NCBI GenBank assembly: GCA_040384865.1
Contig: JAZKIM010000004.1
Location: 75,974 to 139,973, forward strand
Source of the DNA: Patescibacteria group bacterium
GTDB taxonomy: Bacteria; Patescibacteriota; Minisyncoccia; Phycocordibacterales; CAIZLB01
Reading direction: 5' to 3'
DNA: 64,000 nt
Positions 44,861 to 53,797 of this stretch are shown one piece after another; within the stretch, counting starts at the first letter, position 1; every line of letters begins with the position of its first letter. A model generated the notes under the pieces. It ran no database searches and had not been told where the DNA came from. It saw only the letters and a list, made by a program, of their open reading frames with translations. The position numbers and the translations under genes are program-made.

Positions 44861-45848
44861 ATCCCTGTTTCCATGATGAGGCAACCAATTCAATGGTTGT
44901 TTTATTGCTTATTCCTGAATCTATAACGACATACTTAGTTGAATTATAAACTTTATAGTACTCTATTGTATTTTGAGTGCCGCCATCAGTCATGCCAATA
45001 TTTTTTGTATACCATACCTCACCATTAAGTGTAACTTTCGTAGCGCTAGTCAAATCAATATATTTATTCTCAACAAGCGAAATATTGATTCGATCCGTAG
45101 TAGAAATAGTTTTATTAATTACCTGATCCGCCTTGCTTTTAGGGTAGGCTATCGTGAGTCCGATTACTGAATTAGCTTCCCATATATCCCAGTCAGAAGG
45201 ATAAGAGAATCCGTAGGATGATCCCGAGTAGGATTTTGTGCTAACTTGCTGATTGGTATTCGTATTTAGATCTAAAATAATTGGAACCTCTACTGTTTTA
45301 CTTGGCTCGATAGCCGCTGCATTTTCTGCAGTAAAGAGAATCTTCATTGGAGTACCAGATGGAATCCCTATGCCTCCATTGTTAAAATTAAGAACAAGCT
45401 CAAAAGAAGTTGTTTTGGCTGTCCAATCACTGACTCTTACAGGTACCGAAGTTCCAATAGGCTTCCATCCTTGATTTTCATAGTTGAAGAATAGTTGGGC
45501 TGTACCTGCCTGTCCTTCAAACATCTGCCAAGAACAGCCTGTTGCGCTATTATCAATCGTTCCTTTTACAGTTAGAGGGAAGGAGACTTTTGAATTAGCA
45601 GCAAGAGAGGTAACGACCAAGGCACACTTTTGTATTTGGCCGACGGTATTATTTTTCACAGGAGTTTCTTCTGTTTTTACCTGACTTTCGTTTGAAGTAG
45701 TTGTTACCGTATTATCAATCTCTATATTTTCAGCTACTTTATTTTCCTGATATACATATACCCCTCCACCAACCGCAAGTATTGCCACAATTGCCAAGAT
45801 CAAGGGAATAATAAATCCGCTTTGTTTATTTTTCATATCTTTAATCAT
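44859..45848 (-). CDS. Membrane-anchored secreted protein, paralog B
   Basis: 329 aa; shares the N-terminal anchor with 42589-43590, C-terminal part diverged. Confidence 0.6.
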   Translation of the reverse strand: MIKDMKNKQSGFIIPLILAIVAILAVGGGVYVYQENKVAENIEIDNTVTTTSNESQVKTEETPVKNNTVGQIQKCALVVTSLAANSKVSFPLTVKGTIDNSATGCSWQMFEGQAGTAQLFFNYENQGWKPIGTSVPVRVSDWTAKTTSFELVLNFNNGGIGIPSGTPMKILFTAENAAAIEPSKTVEVPIILDLNTNTNQQVSTKSYSGSSYGFSYPSDWDIWEANSVIGLTIAYPKSKADQVINKTISTTDRINISLVENKYIDLTSATKVTLNGEVWYTKNIGMTDGGTQNTIEYYKVYNSTKYVVIDSGISNKTTIELVASSWKQG

Positions 45849-45915
45849 AGCTTGGTTTTAGGTCTTTAGGTAACAACTTGCCAATTTCTACCCACCTCGG
45901 TAGGTCTCACAATCT

Positions 45916-45991
45916 GGTGCGCGTGCCTGGACTCGAACCAGGGACCGCCAAGGTATAAGCTTGATGCTCTAACCAGCTGAGCTACACGCGC
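45916..45991 (-). tRNA. tRNA with anticodon UAU (Ile, AUA-reading), CCA encoded
   Basis: Minus-strand sequence GCGCGTGTAGCTCAGCTGGTTAGAGCATCAAGCTTATACCTTGGCGGTCCCTGGTTCGAGTCCAGGCACGCGCACCA folds as a cloverleaf: acceptor GCGCGTG/CACGCGC, D-arm GCTC..GAGC, anticodon stem TCAAG/CTTGG with loop CTTATAC, T-arm CCTGG-TTCGAGT-CCAGG. Confidence 0.7.
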
Positions 45992-46050
45992 GTAGGGCCA
46001 ATAGTATAGTAAATATTTGAGTTTATCAATTCAAGGCGTATCATAGGAAA

Positions 46051-47067
46051 ATGAATGTTTTATACACTGTAAAATCAATCAAAAAAGAGCTTCTTAAGAT
46101 AAAACCCTCAAAAGTGGTTGTTGTTGTTTCGAATAATATACAAAATATCCAGTCAGGTATTGTAAAAGAGGTAGCGGTTCTTTCGAAAGCAATTAAAGTG
46201 ATTGCCGTCAACGACGGTGAGGATCTTAAAAGTTGGAAATCTATTGAGAAATTATTAACTAAGTTTTTAAAGCTTGGGTTGGATAGAAAAAGTCTGATTA
46301 TTGCTATCGGCGGGGGAAGTATAGGAGATGCTGTTGGTTTTGCCAGCTCGATATATCTTCGTGGTATACCGTATATAAACATACCAACCACTTTGCTAGC
46401 TCAAGTTGATAGTGCTCATGGTGGAAAGACTGGTATTAATTTTGGTTCATATAAAAATCAAATCGGTACGTTCCACGAATCAGTGGCAACGGTTATTGAT
46501 CCTCGTTTCATTCAGACATTATCTGAAGAAGAGATTGTTAGTGGCTTGGGAGAAATAATTAAAGCTGGTTATCTCGCTGATCCATCTATTTTGTTATCAT
46601 TACAAAAAGAAACTACTGCAACACTGGCACAGAGCAAAAAATTGTTAACCATAATTCGAAAGGCTATTGAAGTAAAACGTTATTGTGTATTGAAGGATTT
46701 TAAGGATAAGGGGGTTAGACAATTGCTAAATTTAGGACATACGGTTAGTCATTCCATAGAGTTAAAGTACAAATTGAGCCATGGGCGAGCAGTTATTATT
46801 GGCATGATGGAAGAGTTTGAAATGAGTGAGCGTGCTGGTTTGAGTAAAATCGGCCTAACCTCTTCTCTTAAGGTGCTTCTAGAAAAACTTGGTATTTCTA
46901 ACGAAAAGAAATATATTCCAGATTGGAACGCTGTCATGAAGGATAAGAAGGTAAGTGGTGAAAATCTTGAATGGCCGATCATTACGGAAATTGGAAAGGC
47001 TAATTTGGTGAAAGTTAGTTTAAATAATTTTAAGGATTTGTTTAAGGGCGGAAAGATTTATAATTAA
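46051..47067 (+). CDS. 3-dehydroquinate synthase family protein (AroB-like, short)
   Basis: GGGSIGDAVGFASSIYLRGIPYINIPTTLLAQVDSAHGGKTGINF: NAD-binding glycine motif and the metal/substrate region of the DHQS-like superfamily; 338 aa. Confidence 0.65.
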   Translation: MNVLYTVKSIKKELLKIKPSKVVVVVSNNIQNIQSGIVKEVAVLSKAIKVIAVNDGEDLKSWKSIEKLLTKFLKLGLDRKSLIIAIGGGSIGDAVGFASSIYLRGIPYINIPTTLLAQVDSAHGGKTGINFGSYKNQIGTFHESVATVIDPRFIQTLSEEEIVSGLGEIIKAGYLADPSILLSLQKETTATLAQSKKLLTIIRKAIEVKRYCVLKDFKDKGVRQLLNLGHTVSHSIELKYKLSHGRAVIIGMMEEFEMSERAGLSKIGLTSSLKVLLEKLGISNEKKYIPDWNAVMKDKKVSGENLEWPIITEIGKANLVKVSLNNFKDLFKGGKIYN

Positions 47068-47129
47068 ATCTTCTGGGCGGAGAGGGAGAGTAGGTTCGGG
47101 CTTTTGGGAAATATAGTTTGTTTGGATTT

Positions 47130-49316
47130 TTACTCAAAATGATTTTCTTCTCGCGTTTTTAGGATGTGAGCCAGGAGGCTATTTTCAGGTTTCAATAGTG
47201 TTGGATCGTTAGCGATAAGTGTTTGTGCCTCTTTGCGCGCAGCTTCTACCATTTTCAGATTCTTTATAGCCTCCATGGCAACATCAGAAATGCCCCACTG
47301 TTTTCCGACATATAGTTCGCCAGCTCCTCGCATCTGGAGATCAAGTTCGGAGAGCTCAAATCCATTTTTTGCTGTAACTAAAGCTTTGAGTCTTTCGACT
47401 GTCTTGTCACTTTTGCTTTCTGTTGCTACGAAACAATATGGTTGATGAGTTCCTCTGATGACGCGGCCCCGTAGCTGATGGAGCTGCGAGAGACCGAATC
47501 GCTCACCCCCTTCAATGAGGATAACGTTTGCGTTTGGAACATTTACCCCCACCTCGACCACGGACGTTGCAACGAGAATATCAATTTCGTGCTTGGCGAA
47601 GCGTTCCATGGTTGCTTCTTTTTCTGCAGGCTTCATTTTGCTGTGCAAAATATCTATTCGAGAATCCTTAAATACATCTTTTTTAAGACGCTTGGCTTCT
47701 TCTTTTACAGATTTAGCCAGTATGCTTTGTTCTTTGTCGGGATCGGGTTCGTCTATACGGGGACATATGACGTAGCATTGGCGGCCAGCTGCAAGCTCAA
47801 GGCGCATGCGGTCATAAGCTTTTTCTCGCTGGCCAATCGTACCAGCTATTTCTGTAAGTACTTTCTTTCGGCCGGCCGGCATCTGGTCGAGGATGGAAAG
47901 ATCGAGGTCTCCATATAAAGTGAGAGCGAGAGTGCGGGGAATTGGTGTGGCTGTCATTGAAAGAAGATGGGGTGTGACATCGTGTTTGCGCGCAAGTTTT
48001 TGACGTTGTGCGGTTCCAAAGCGATGTTGTTCATCGATGATGACGTATGCGAGGTCTTTGAACTTAACTGATTTTTGAATGAGGGCGTGCGTGCCGATGA
48101 CAACAGCAATCTCACCATTCGCTACCCATTTTAGAAATTGAGAACGAGAAATGTCAGTCCATCCGTTTGGGTTTATCTTAGATGGAAACTTTCTGCAACC
48201 ATTTCCAGTAATGAGGCCGATGGAAATGGGCATGTGTCGAAAAAGTTTTATGAACGATTCGAAATGTTGTCGAGCAAGAATTTCGGTTGGAGCCATGTAG
48301 CCTACTTGAAGGGTGCCGGCAACCCGGCCTTTTGGCCGTGTCGTTACGGCAGCATATGAAGTGACCGCTGCAACAGCTGTCTTTCCAGAGCCTACATCAC
48401 CTTCAAGTAGGCGAGACATGGGTTGACCTTTGGCGAAGTCTGCCAAGATATCCTCAACTGATTTTTGTTGTGCTTCGGTCAAGGGAAAGCCGAGACGTTC
48501 AATGAAATTGCTAACACCGACGCTCGCTGCCGGTTTGTCGATGATGAATGATTTCTCTTTTGCCTGAAGCGCGCGCGTTTGCTGATTTTTCAATTGAATG
48601 AAAAATACTTCTTCGAATGCAAAACGCTTTCGCGCCACTTCAGCGTCAGAATCTTTTTGTGGTGCATGCATCCACACGAGCGCAGTAGCAAGATTGGGTA
48701 GTTTATATCGTTCGCGAATGGCGGAGGGGATTGGGTCTGTGTCAGTAGCCTCGTTGCTAACCATGTCTTGAAATTCTTTTGTTTTGAATATGCGCTGGAG
48801 AGCGTGGAAGAACCAGCGTGACGTGATGCCTTTTGTTTCTGAGTAAACAGGAACGCCTACCGTTGGCGCTCCTTCACCAAAAAGTGATTTTCCTATATTT
48901 ACAGGAAGAACACCTATGGATTCGATTTCGGGATTGAGAAATGCAAGAACACCATTTCTGTCGGTAACCTTACCCGACACTTTTACCAAGCTGTCTGGCT
49001 GAATCAGTTTTGCAATATATGGTTGATGAAGCCATATGACTTTGACGCGAGAAGTGTCGTCTTCAATGAAACCTTCGGCCATAGGCATTCGACCACGAAA
49101 AGATTTGCTTGTTTTAAGGGAAGTGACTTTTCCAAATATTGTCGCCTGTTCGCCGCTTGTAAGATCGCGGATAAATTTTCCTGAGGCTGATTCGCCGTAG
49201 CGTAAGGGAAAATGATACAGTAGCTCCCCGACAGTTTGAAGGCCGATCTTTTGCAGTGCAGATCCTTGCTGCGGAGTAAGACGAAAAAGGTCAGAGAGAG
49301 GTGTCGAGAATAACAT
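47130..49316 (-). CDS. recG: ATP-dependent DNA helicase RecG
   Basis: 728 aa; N-terminal wedge domain, helicase motifs GDVGSGKT, DEQHRFG, QLHQLRGRVIRG. Confidence 0.95.
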   Translation of the reverse strand: MLFSTPLSDLFRLTPQQGSALQKIGLQTVGELLYHFPLRYGESASGKFIRDLTSGEQATIFGKVTSLKTSKSFRGRMPMAEGFIEDDTSRVKVIWLHQPYIAKLIQPDSLVKVSGKVTDRNGVLAFLNPEIESIGVLPVNIGKSLFGEGAPTVGVPVYSETKGITSRWFFHALQRIFKTKEFQDMVSNEATDTDPIPSAIRERYKLPNLATALVWMHAPQKDSDAEVARKRFAFEEVFFIQLKNQQTRALQAKEKSFIIDKPAASVGVSNFIERLGFPLTEAQQKSVEDILADFAKGQPMSRLLEGDVGSGKTAVAAVTSYAAVTTRPKGRVAGTLQVGYMAPTEILARQHFESFIKLFRHMPISIGLITGNGCRKFPSKINPNGWTDISRSQFLKWVANGEIAVVIGTHALIQKSVKFKDLAYVIIDEQHRFGTAQRQKLARKHDVTPHLLSMTATPIPRTLALTLYGDLDLSILDQMPAGRKKVLTEIAGTIGQREKAYDRMRLELAAGRQCYVICPRIDEPDPDKEQSILAKSVKEEAKRLKKDVFKDSRIDILHSKMKPAEKEATMERFAKHEIDILVATSVVEVGVNVPNANVILIEGGERFGLSQLHQLRGRVIRGTHQPYCFVATESKSDKTVERLKALVTAKNGFELSELDLQMRGAGELYVGKQWGISDVAMEAIKNLKMVEAARKEAQTLIANDPTLLKPENSLLAHILKTREENHFE

Positions 49317-49708
49317 TATGCAATTGGTGAAATAGGAGGGTTAGGACCAATGACTCGAACTCGAGGGTAATAGCGAATGGTAAGTGAAAGGGCAAGGGCT
49401 AATACAGGGGTAACAGAAAGTATGAAATGAAGTTTAGTGATATTGATCAGTATTGCCAAACTAAGAAGGGCGGTGGCAATGAGATTTGCAAGAAATTTCT
49501 TTCGGTTGGAGATGATCCAAACTGCCATAACGAGACTTAAGAATCCTCCAATTCCGACAAGTGCGGTGATGTCGGTGCTCCAATATGATAGACGAGGGTA
49601 ATATGAAGTAGCTTCAATCGGACGGAAAAAGGCTATCAGGGTCGCGTAGACGAATGAGAGAGAAAGCCCTATCTTCTGTACCAAACTGGCCAAAGATTGT
49701 CTGAGCAT
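49316..49708 (-). CDS. Hypothetical membrane protein
   Basis: 130 aa, 3-4 TM helices; start overlaps the recG stop. Confidence 0.4.
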   Translation of the reverse strand: MLRQSLASLVQKIGLSLSFVYATLIAFFRPIEATSYYPRLSYWSTDITALVGIGGFLSLVMAVWIISNRKKFLANLIATALLSLAILINITKLHFILSVTPVLALALSLTIRYYPRVRVIGPNPPISPIA

Positions 49709-49733
49709 GGGTAATTGTTATTATAACCGTCTT

Positions 49734-50573
49734 TTAGGCAGTTTTCCACCCTTGGGTAACATGCTTAAGTAAACCTTCTTTTCTCATAGATTTAAGATTT
49801 GAAGTTATTGCCTCAGAGTCACCTAAAACTTTTTTAATAATCTGCTCTGTAGATTGGGCTTTTGAAGAGGACAATATATGTTTGATTATGCGTGAACGCA
49901 ATTCTCTGTTTGAACCGATGAATTTTGATTGTTTTTTATAGTGTTTACTTTTGCGATGAACTGATCGAGTATTAGCATCGACAGATTTTTTCAACATGGT
50001 TCCATAATCATAGAGGGCGTAATACCACTCACGTGGATTTGAATAGTCGAATGTTTTTTCGACCAGCTCGCGGATCATAGTATCAGGTACTGATGAAATA
50101 TCTTTGAAGAAAAAATGGAGAAAAACTGAACGGATATTAGTTTCGACGAAGATCGCTGGTAGGTTATATGCAAAAGCTAGCAGTGCCCCAGCTGTCGACT
50201 GTCCAATTCCTGGTAACTTTAACAATTCTTCCTGTGTTTGAGGAAACTTTCCATTGTGATCATTTGCTACTGTTTTTGCTGTCTTTTTTAAATATAACGC
50301 GCGTCGATTGTATCCCAATCCTTGCCACTCAAGGAGTACTTCTTGCAAGGGGGCTGTGGCTAGTATTTTGATTGATGGAAATTTCTTCAAGAAACTTCTA
50401 TATTTCTCTAGTACGCGGCCGACTTGTGTCTGTTGCAACATCATCTCGGAAACAAGAATTTTATATGGGTCACGGGTGCGTCGCCAAGGGAGAGAGCGGC
50501 GATGTTCGGCGTGATATCCCCATATGACTTTTTGAAATTGCTTGATTGAGGGTTTGATTATCATCTTAATCAA
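49734..50573 (-). CDS. HhH-GPD base-excision DNA glycosylase (MutY/Nth family, no Fe-S cysteine cluster)
   Basis: EMMLQQTQV...LPGIGQSTAGALLAFAYN helix-hairpin-helix/GPD region; no C-x6-C-x2-C-x5-C motif in the C-terminus. Confidence 0.65.
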   Translation of the reverse strand: MIKMIIKPSIKQFQKVIWGYHAEHRRSLPWRRTRDPYKILVSEMMLQQTQVGRVLEKYRSFLKKFPSIKILATAPLQEVLLEWQGLGYNRRALYLKKTAKTVANDHNGKFPQTQEELLKLPGIGQSTAGALLAFAYNLPAIFVETNIRSVFLHFFFKDISSVPDTMIRELVEKTFDYSNPREWYYALYDYGTMLKKSVDANTRSVHRKSKHYKKQSKFIGSNRELRSRIIKHILSSSKAQSTEQIIKKVLGDSEAITSNLKSMRKEGLLKHVTQGWKTA

Positions 50574-50596
50574 AAAAACATGAATACTGCTATAAT

Positions 50597-51001
50597 GTGG
50601 CTATGAATCAAAAAACAGCATTGGCGATTATAATAGCATTATTCGTTATTTTCGGTTTGGCATACTATTCTTTTAATTCTATTGGAAATTCTAATCCAAC
50701 CAACTCTCCGGATGTTCCACAACAAGTTAGCCTACAGGGTGAATATGTTTGTCTTCCTCATAAGGATAAGACAGGACCTCAAACTATGGAGTGTACTCTT
50801 GGAATAAAAACAGACAACAATATCTATTACGCAATTGACGCTCAGGGAGAGGCAGCTCGTAATGTCCTACTATCACTTCAGACGGGATTAAAAATTCAGA
50901 TTGATGGAACACTCGCGCCGATTGAAGAGATCAATATAGAGACGTGGCAGAAATATGATATCGGAGGAATTATCAGCACCAGTAATATAAAGAGAATCTA
51001 A
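50597..51001 (+). CDS. Hypothetical secreted/membrane-anchored protein
   Basis: 134 aa with N-terminal hydrophobic segment. Confidence 0.4.
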   Translation: MAMNQKTALAIIIALFVIFGLAYYSFNSIGNSNPTNSPDVPQQVSLQGEYVCLPHKDKTGPQTMECTLGIKTDNNIYYAIDAQGEAARNVLLSLQTGLKIQIDGTLAPIEEINIETWQKYDIGGIISTSNIKRI

Positions 51002-51549
51002 TCTTTTAGAGATTCCGCGAAGGTGAGCAGATGCGTGCCAACGAGTACAGCGTCTGCTTCTTTGTGTATGTCGGCAGTCATCTTTATATTACTTGCCTGA
51101 CATAGCCACCCCTTGAATATTTTACGAGCTTCTGCAAAAGTTTCTTTTTTGATTGAGCCGTCTGATAAGTCTCTACTATTCCAAACAACCTTTAGGTTTT
51201 CTGGAATAGTTTGAAGTTCTTCGAGAGTCATTGGCTCAATTAAACATTTTTCTGGATGAATATTGGGAATGCGTCCAACTACAAGTATATAATCAGCTCC
51301 GGCGTCGAGAGCTTCCTGGATTTCCATATCTGTAGCATGAATACCCTTAGCCAAAATTGGTTTAGTAGTCATTGTTTTTGCCTTTCTAATTAAATCAAAC
51401 GACCCACCCCAGCGAGGGTCGGTATGAATGGAGATGATATCGCCGATTTCATTTGCAACCGCAAAAATCTCATCCCAGCTTTTATTGGATTTGAAACCAA
51501 AAGGAGACTGAGTTTTTACTTCGGCTATTATTTGAGTGGTTTTGTACAT
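50998..51549 (-). CDS. Indole-3-glycerol-phosphate synthase-like (TrpC family) protein, truncated form
   Basis: IAEVKTQSPFGF ... ISIHTDPRWGGSFDLI ... PILAKGIHATDMEIQEALDAGADYILVV ... NSRDLSDGSI aligns with the conserved IGPS motifs (ILEIKKASPSKG / SVLTDEKYFQGS / PILCKDFI / NNRDL); 183 aa. Confidence 0.55.
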   Translation of the reverse strand: MYKTTQIIAEVKTQSPFGFKSNKSWDEIFAVANEIGDIISIHTDPRWGGSFDLIRKAKTMTTKPILAKGIHATDMEIQEALDAGADYILVVGRIPNIHPEKCLIEPMTLEELQTIPENLKVVWNSRDLSDGSIKKETFAEARKIFKGWLCQASNIKMTADIHKEADAVLVGTHLLTFAESLKD

Positions 51550-51584
51550 GATAATGAAGAAGTCTTTGGTCTAGAAGTGTAATT

Positions 51585-52157
51585 CTAGGATAGTAGTGCT
51601 AAGGCAGTATCCCAAGCCTTGTCGGCAGTTTCAAACACTGCATACCCATATTTTTCGGATTCTTCTTTGTAGCGAGGTCTTTCTCCGTTAAAAAACGCAT
51701 CCGCTTCTAATTTTTGTAGCTCTTCGGTTTTGCCCCATCGAGGCTCTTTTTTGTTTCTTTCTAGGGTTTCTTTAAAAGATTTTCCTATAATGGTAATCCC
51801 TTCCATTTTTAAATCTCTATGAGCAAGATGAGGCATGATATTTACTCCCTCAAAGATCACAGGCTTACTCTCATCGTCATACTGGTGAATCTTTTTTAAT
51901 ACTCCTGGCCAAAATTCTTCTGACTGCTTTGTGAGATCCTCCCACCTTTTGTCGTGGCTGGTTGTGGTGTAGTAAGTGTATTCATCTTGGTCTAAGTAAA
52001 AGTTAACCCACTTTCTGTATCTTTCATCCTCGGTCAAGTCTTCTCTAAAGTCATCGATCGAAACACAAATTCCACCTACCGCTTCTGCAAGTTTTTTTGC
52101 GAGATAAGATTTTCCCGCTGTCGGCATTCCGGTTATAAAAATTCGTTTTTTTATCAT
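51585..52157 (-). CDS. P-loop NTPase / kinase-like protein
   Basis: Walker A ITGMPTAGKSYLAKKLAE; 190 aa. Confidence 0.5.
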   Translation of the reverse strand: MIKKRIFITGMPTAGKSYLAKKLAEAVGGICVSIDDFREDLTEDERYRKWVNFYLDQDEYTYYTTTSHDKRWEDLTKQSEEFWPGVLKKIHQYDDESKPVIFEGVNIMPHLAHRDLKMEGITIIGKSFKETLERNKKEPRWGKTEELQKLEADAFFNGERPRYKEESEKYGYAVFETADKAWDTALALLS

Positions 52158-52186
52158 AATCGGAATCCTTTCGGTGTCCGTCTATT

Positions 52187-52843
52187 TTAGCACCATTTCG
52201 GGGATTCAAATGAGATATGTGGGTCAGAGGCAAAAATATCAAAAGTGAGAATATCATCGGTATAATTGACATGTCGGCTTTTCTTACTCCCTTCAGAAAC
52301 CTTTACATTTCTAAACACTTTCTTAAGAAGAGTTTCTATGTACTCAATTGTGTAGGAATAAGTGGGCACATCAATTTCCTCTCTGTTAAAAATTCCTCCT
52401 TTTGTATTGTAACTTAAGAGCAAAAAACCTCTTGGCTTCAAAGCACTTCTGATTTTGTCGATTAGAAAATCTAGCTCTTGAAGATTGAGATACTGGATCA
52501 CTCGCGCCACTATGACGGCTTGATATTGTGACGTTTTGTAAGGGTATTCCAGGAGGTTTGTTTTTCTGAAATGTATTCTTTTCCTTAAATCATCGGGTAG
52601 ATTTTCCTCCCATTGCAAATCGATAACGTCAAAACAATCTACATTTACCCCTCGTTTTGCGAGATATATGGAATTTCGACCATTGCCGCATCCTACGTCG
52701 AGGATATAATCATCGGTGAGCAGTTTATTTTGATATTTTGAAACAAGCACACTGGGTACAAGAGTTTCTATACTGAATTTTTTATCTTCCCATGCTTTTT
52801 CCCATTTATGCTTTTTCATATCAATTCTAGCTACTCGGGCCAT
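52187..52843 (-). CDS. Class I SAM-dependent methyltransferase
   Basis: ILDVGCGNGRNSIYLAKRG motif I; 218 aa. Confidence 0.7.
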   Translation of the reverse strand: MARVARIDMKKHKWEKAWEDKKFSIETLVPSVLVSKYQNKLLTDDYILDVGCGNGRNSIYLAKRGVNVDCFDVIDLQWEENLPDDLRKRIHFRKTNLLEYPYKTSQYQAVIVARVIQYLNLQELDFLIDKIRSALKPRGFLLLSYNTKGGIFNREEIDVPTYSYTIEYIETLLKKVFRNVKVSEGSKKSRHVNYTDDILTFDIFASDPHISFESPKWC

Positions 52844-52864
52844 GTCGATACTGAGTTCTTAATG

Positions 52865-52953
52865 CGGAGAGTGAGGGATTTGAACCCTCGAGAGGTTTTA
52901 ACACCCCTACCTCGTTAGCAGTGAGGCGCTTTCGACCACTCAGCCAACTCTCC
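52865..52953 (-). tRNA. tRNA-Ser (anticodon GCU), long variable arm, CCA not encoded
   Basis: Minus-strand GGAGAGTTGGCTGAGTGGTCGAAAGCGCCTCACTGCTAACGAGGTAGGGGTGTTAAAACCTCTCGAGGGTTCAAATCCCTCACTCTCCG: acceptor GGAGAGT/ACTCTCC, anticodon loop CTGCTAA, long extra arm, T-arm GAGGG-TTCAAAT-CCCTC, discriminator G. Confidence 0.8.
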
Positions 52954-53008
52954 ATTGGGCATTACCTTATCATATTTTCTAGCGGCATGCGAATAGATAA
53001 ATAAAGGG

Positions 53009-53746
53009 TTAATGTGTGAGGGATACACAGTATATGTGTGTTGCACCTGCCGTCTGAAGGGCCCGAGCACAATCTCTCATTGTTGCGCCAGTGGTTACTA
53101 CATCATCAATTAGAATTACTCCCTTTTCATTAATATGTTTTTTTACTTCAAATTTACCGCGGGCATGTATAATCCGCGCGGCTCGGTTTGAAGTTTTACT
53201 TTGTTGAAGTAATGATTGCGCCGCTTCGGGGGAGATGGACAAAAGATCTGGAGAGGAGTTGGGTAGGATAAAATTAATTAATAACGGTTTTAATGCAATT
53301 GCTATTTCTTGCATATGATCAACGGCACGTTCACGAAGGGAGTACGCTGTGGAAGGAACCGCTGTTAACATTAATTTGCCTTCCATTGGACTTATACAAT
53401 CAGTTAGTCTTGCAACCAGCTCATCTGCTAGTAAATGTGCGCAAAGAGAAACTGCTTCACTGTTGTTATCATATTTTACTGCCCAAACAAGTCCTTTTAA
53501 TGGCTCGTATTTATATTGTCCGCAATACCATCCGCTCACTCTGGTAAGAGTAGTTTTTGGTAATTCGGCCGCGGTAGAGCGAACATGTTCGTATATATGA
53601 TGTTGAGCAATGGGAGGGCGCCGTTGATGTTTTCTTTTGCTCGGATAGAGCAGTTCTATCAAAAGTTTCAAATAGTTATTGGCAAAAGATAGAAGGTAGT
53701 AAGATTTCCCGATCTTATCCCTACTTTTCCAGTTTTCCATTTTCAT
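53009..53746 (-). CDS. comF: ComF-family phosphoribosyltransferase (competence protein ComFC-like)
   Basis: C-terminal PRTase motif GVILIDDVVTTGATMRDCARAL; 245 aa; adjacent to the pilus cluster. Confidence 0.75.
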   Translation of the reverse strand: MKMENWKSRDKIGKSYYLLSFANNYLKLLIELLYPSKRKHQRRPPIAQHHIYEHVRSTAAELPKTTLTRVSGWYCGQYKYEPLKGLVWAVKYDNNSEAVSLCAHLLADELVARLTDCISPMEGKLMLTAVPSTAYSLRERAVDHMQEIAIALKPLLINFILPNSSPDLLSISPEAAQSLLQQSKTSNRAARIIHARGKFEVKKHINEKGVILIDDVVTTGATMRDCARALQTAGATHIYCVSLTH

Positions 53747-53797
53747 TAGACAGTGTGATGTTATATACTAAAGATTGAATACAGCCTAAATCAGGTC

